Assembly (NCBI GenBank): GCA_963702845.1
Contig: OY969763.1
Coordinates: forward strand, 3,168,001 to 3,232,000
Source: an uncultured Verrucomicrobiae bacterium
Lineage (GTDB): Bacteria; Verrucomicrobiota; Verrucomicrobiia; Limisphaerales; Palsa-1400
Direction of reading: 5' to 3'
Length of the DNA stretch: 64,000 nt
How positions within the stretch are numbered: the first letter of the stretch is position 1; every line of letters starts with the position of its first letter. The notes below the pieces were generated by a model, which searched no databases, had not been told where the DNA came from, and saw only the letters and a program-made list of their open reading frames with translations. Shown here in pieces: positions 60,408 to 64,000 of the stretch. The position numbers were made by a program, and so were the translations under genes.

Positions 60408-62657
60408 ATGAGATCATCACCTCAAAACAAAACGCCGTTCGGTTTTGCCATCTCGATGGCAGCGGTGATCTGTTTCGGCATAGTCGCGGTATGGAGCGCC
60501 TCCAGGAACATCGAAACATTTCGTCAAGTTAACGAAATTCGCCAGACCGTAGAGTGTTGCGACCGCATCTTCGTGCAAATGCTCGATATCGAAACAGGGA
60601 TGCGGGAATTTGTCGGCTCCGGTGATGAAAAACTCCTTGATCGGTATTTGGAGGGTGTTACATCAATTCACGAGTCGTTCGCGATGGCGCAACGCCTGAC
60701 CCACCAAAATCCCAAACAGCGAGTCCAGTTGCAAACCCTTGAGCCGCTCATCGAACAGAAACTCGCGTTTGTAGACGAAACAGTCCAACTCTGCCGAAAG
60801 GGAGACCTCAGCGGCGCTCGCCAACGCATTGCATCAGGTCAGGGCAGACGGATGATGGATCAAATCCGAAAAGTCATAGCCCAGGTGGAAACCGAAGAGA
60901 GTGTGGAGCTGCGCACGCGTGTGGCAGACGAAGAGACGGCAACGCATACCACCATTGTGATCATAATTGTGAGCGGGCTGATTTCCCTGGCACTCGTGGG
61001 ACTTGCCGGCCTCATCGTCCGGCATGACTTTTGGAAACGGAAAGACGTTGAAGCCGATCTCCATGTCGCATCTGAACGGCTGGCACTGGCCACGCGCGCG
61101 ACGAACGTTGGCATATGGGACTGGAATATCGCCGACGCCAAATTGTTTTGGGACGACGCGACGTATGATATATACGGTGTTACACGAGGCCAATTTGTTC
61201 CGTCCTACGAGGCATTTGAGGCCATGATTCATCCTGATGATCGCCAGCGGGTGCGTGAAGATGTCCAGAGCGCTGTGCGGGGTGAGAAGGAATATGCCCT
61301 CGAGTTCCGCGTTGTATGGCCGGACAAATCGGTCCGCTATCTGGAAACGAAGGCTACCATTCTGCGCGATGATTCGGGCAAGCCCATTCGCATGCTGGGG
61401 ACGAACTGGGACGTCACTGAGCGCAAACAGGTAGAAGACGCTCTGCGCCAAAGCGAAGAAACCATGCGGATGATGACAGAGTCAGTTCCACAAATGGTCT
61501 GGATGTGTCGGCCCGACGGCTGGAACATTTTCATTAATCAAAAGTGGGTCGATTACACCGGACAAAGCGTCGAGGAGTGCAACGGCCACGGCTGGAACAA
61601 ACCCTTTCATCCCGATGACCAGTTGCGGGCCTGGAATGCCTGGAAGCTCGCCATCAAAACGGGCGGGCCTTACGACCTCGAATGCCGGTTGCGGCGGACC
61701 GACGGTGCCTATCACTGGTTTCTCATCAGAGGATTGCCAGTGCGAGATGCGCAAGGCGCAATCCTGAAGTGGTTCGGCACCTGCACGGACATTGACGACA
61801 GGAAAAAGGCCGAAGAGCAAATCGAAGCGCTCAATGCGAGGCTCGCCCAACAGGCTGCCAGCCTTGAAAAGGAAGTCTGCAAACGCACGGCCAAATTAAG
61901 CGAATCGATGAAATCGTTGGAGACGTTGACTTACTCCATGGCGCACGACTTGCGCACTCCTGTCCGCGCCATGTCCAGCATCACCGTTGCGTTGCTTGAA
62001 GACGTTCCCTTGGATAAAACCGGAAAAGACTACGCGCAACGAATTCATAATGCCGCCAGACGTATGGACAAGCTTCTCAGCGATTTGCTCGATTATGGTC
62101 GATTGACTCACATCCAATTCTGTACCCGCCCGGTCAACCTGAAACATCAAATCGATAATGTCCTGACGCACTTTGCTGAAGATATCTCGAAAACAAATGC
62201 CGCCATCCGCATCCATGAACCGATGCCCCTTGTTTTGGCCAATGAAAGGCTGCTCGAACAGACCCTGTCGAATCTGCTTTCCAACGCGCTTAAATTCGTC
62301 GCGCCCGGCATGGCTCCGAAAATATTTTTTCACGCCGAAACACGCGGCTCCGCCGTGCGCTTGTGGGTGGAAGACAACGGTATTGGCATCGCGCCGGAGT
62401 ATCGCGAAAAGATTTTTCAGCTCTTTCAACGTCTTCACCCGACCGAAGTGTTTCCCGGCACCGGGGTCGGTCTCGCCATCGTCCATCGAGCCGTCGAAGA
62501 CATGGGAGGTCACGTGGGCGTCGAATCAGAAAAGGGTTGGGGCAGCAGGTTTTGGATCGAACTCCCCGCAGCGGAAAACGCGGATGACACGACAACGTTT
62601 ATTTCGATTGGAGATCATGCCCCCACAACGAATCGTGCGTTGAAAACTGTTGCGTGA
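60408..62657 (+). CDS. CHASE3-PAS-PAS sensor histidine kinase
   Basis: DIETGMR between two TMs; GIWDWN, IHPDD PAS motifs; AHDLRTP, NLLSNALKF, DNGIGI, GTGVGL. Confidence 0.95.
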   Translation: MRSSPQNKTPFGFAISMAAVICFGIVAVWSASRNIETFRQVNEIRQTVECCDRIFVQMLDIETGMREFVGSGDEKLLDRYLEGVTSIHESFAMAQRLTHQNPKQRVQLQTLEPLIEQKLAFVDETVQLCRKGDLSGARQRIASGQGRRMMDQIRKVIAQVETEESVELRTRVADEETATHTTIVIIIVSGLISLALVGLAGLIVRHDFWKRKDVEADLHVASERLALATRATNVGIWDWNIADAKLFWDDATYDIYGVTRGQFVPSYEAFEAMIHPDDRQRVREDVQSAVRGEKEYALEFRVVWPDKSVRYLETKATILRDDSGKPIRMLGTNWDVTERKQVEDALRQSEETMRMMTESVPQMVWMCRPDGWNIFINQKWVDYTGQSVEECNGHGWNKPFHPDDQLRAWNAWKLAIKTGGPYDLECRLRRTDGAYHWFLIRGLPVRDAQGAILKWFGTCTDIDDRKKAEEQIEALNARLAQQAASLEKEVCKRTAKLSESMKSLETLTYSMAHDLRTPVRAMSSITVALLEDVPLDKTGKDYAQRIHNAARRMDKLLSDLLDYGRLTHIQFCTRPVNLKHQIDNVLTHFAEDISKTNAAIRIHEPMPLVLANERLLEQTLSNLLSNALKFVAPGMAPKIFFHAETRGSAVRLWVEDNGIGIAPEYREKIFQLFQRLHPTEVFPGTGVGLAIVHRAVEDMGGHVGVESEKGWGSRFWIELPAAENADDTTTFISIGDHAPTTNRALKTVA

Positions 62658-62801
62658 AGTGACAGCCACTGGGCAGGAACTGAAACTTCACCCTCTCCTC
62701 ACGCCGCAGGGAAACTAACCTAAACCAAAAGCAAACAAGTTGACGTCCCTCATGCTCAGAGCACTGCCGCACTCCACTTCGTGCGGGCGTTGGTGCAAGT
62801 G

Positions 62802-62823
62802 ACATGGCACTCCTGCCGGAGCT
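62802..62823. repeat. REP-like unit, second family
   Basis: See 8284-8313. Confidence 0.45.
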
Positions 62824-62866
62824 TGGGGCAGTGGCTTGTTGCTGGCCTAACTATTAGGTTTCACTT

Positions 62867-64000
62867 TTACTGATCCGAATTGCCCAGGACTTTTGCGCGT
62901 TTTTTGCCTGCGCCCTTGCCCGGTCGCTTCCTATCCCCGGCGGGTGCGCTGATGTCGTCCGCATAATCCGGAACGCGGAAGTCCACTAGCTTGGACTGAC
63001 GCTCGAACTCGGTTTGAAGCTGTGCGCGGAGGTCTTTCTGGGCGGGATTCGCGGCCAGGTTATCGGTTTCGTAAGGATCCGCTTTCAAGTTGAACATTTC
63101 GGTCCAATCCACGTGCCCAGGATATTGCACCAGCTTGCTGGCATCGGTCCGTACCGCATAGATGGTTGGCACGGCAAAGTTGCGTTCGAAAAAGTATTCG
63201 TAGAAGAAAGCTGTGCGCCAATCCGGCGGCGTAGCGCTTTTGTGTTCGAGCAATGGACGCCAGCTCCGGCCCTGCATCGGTTTGGGAACGGTCATCCCGG
63301 CGTAATCAAGCAATGTCGGCGCGAGGTCAATGTTCAACACCGTCTCGTCCACCAATGCACCGCGCACGCCGAGCCGTGGATAACGCAGCAACAGCGGAAT
63401 GCGCATGCTTTCTTCATAAGCGGAACGTTTGTCGCCCAGTCCGTGGTCGCCGAGGTAATATCCGTTGTCGCTGGTGTAGATCACCATCGTGTTGTCGGCA
63501 ATGCCTAGTTCGTCGAGCGTCGCCAACAGTTTGCCGAGGTCTTCATCTGCTGCCGCGATGCAGCGGAAGTAATTCATCCGGCCCTTGGTCTTTTTCCATT
63601 TGGCGTCCAGCCCAGCGGGCTTGTTCACCTTTGCGCGCATCTCGGCCAGGTAGGGCGGTTTGGCGTCTTCGTTGACGGCGGGATGCCATACCGCATCGGT
63701 AAAGGCATTTTTCCAACGGTCCGGTGGCGTGCGCGGATCGTGCGGCGACTTGAACCCGACAACCAGCGAGAAGGGCCGCGACTTATTCGTGCGAATGAAG
63801 CTAATGGCGAATTCTGTTGTGACATCGTCCACCCATCCGTGCGTGGGTTGGGAGACGCCGTTGATTTCGAAGGGGCAATCTTCGTAACGGCCGTGGCCGA
63901 TGTAGCTGGCCGAAAAATCGAATCCGGGCCGTTGCCCACTCTGACTGCCCATATGCCATTTGCCGATGTAACCGGTCTTGTAACCATTGGCGCGCATGAC
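62867..64000 (-). CDS. Sulfatase (family S1), 5' end outside the window
   Basis: GYKTGYIGKWH, PHDP, TSDNG, GDHGLGDK, YEESMRIPL, DPYETDNL. Confidence 0.93.
   Translation of the reverse strand, partial: VMRANGYKTGYIGKWHMGSQSGQRPGFDFSASYIGHGRYEDCPFEINGVSQPTHGWVDDVTTEFAISFIRTNKSRPFSLVVGFKSPHDPRTPPDRWKNAFTDAVWHPAVNEDAKPPYLAEMRAKVNKPAGLDAKWKKTKGRMNYFRCIAAADEDLGKLLATLDELGIADNTMVIYTSDNGYYLGDHGLGDKRSAYEESMRIPLLLRYPRLGVRGALVDETVLNIDLAPTLLDYAGMTVPKPMQGRSWRPLLEHKSATPPDWRTAFFYEYFFERNFAVPTIYAVRTDASKLVQYPGHVDWTEMFNLKADPYETDNLAANPAQKDLRAQLQTEFERQSKLVDFRVPDYADDISAPAGDRKRPGKGAGKKRAKVLGNSDQ

Overview
64-kb bacterial chromosomal window, by inference from Verrucomicrobiota (Pedosphaerales/Limisphaerales-like), judged from giant Ig-repeat secreted proteins ending in a 'W...F/YRL' domain, multiple TPR membrane glycosyltransferases, PQQ-propeller and sulfatase genes. 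No rRNA, tRNA or CRISPR array was seen. The left third (1-23.5 kb) has glnII with a sigma-54 promoter and a divergent mini-kinase/PP2C pair, secreted hydrolases, a TrhO-RluA fusion, an FRG gene and a REP-flanked Y1 transposase. It also has a patchwork of non-coding relics: two copies of a 105-bp CCGTCAGG element, integron-like attI/attC relics without integrase, and accessory genes bracketed by diverged duplicates of neighbouring sequence. The middle (23.6-42 kb) has two giant Ser/Thr-rich surface proteins directly downstream of three TMTC-like (GT-C + TPR) glycosyltransferases and an FAD oxidoreductase, a candidate protein O-glycosylation locus. At 42-50 kb is a compact trans-envelope signalling module: FecR-TPR-beta-barrel protein, CHASE2 Ser/Thr kinase, ECF sigma factor and Ig lipoprotein, with a twice-occurring promoter motif TTGAAAGA-N16-CGTAT. 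The right part has engB, a rhomboid-Sel1 fusion, a third giant adhesin, a CHASE3-PAS histidine kinase and a partial sulfatase. Five single-base insertions split four genes and are probably assembly errors. All family calls come from motif recognition by eye, not database searches.
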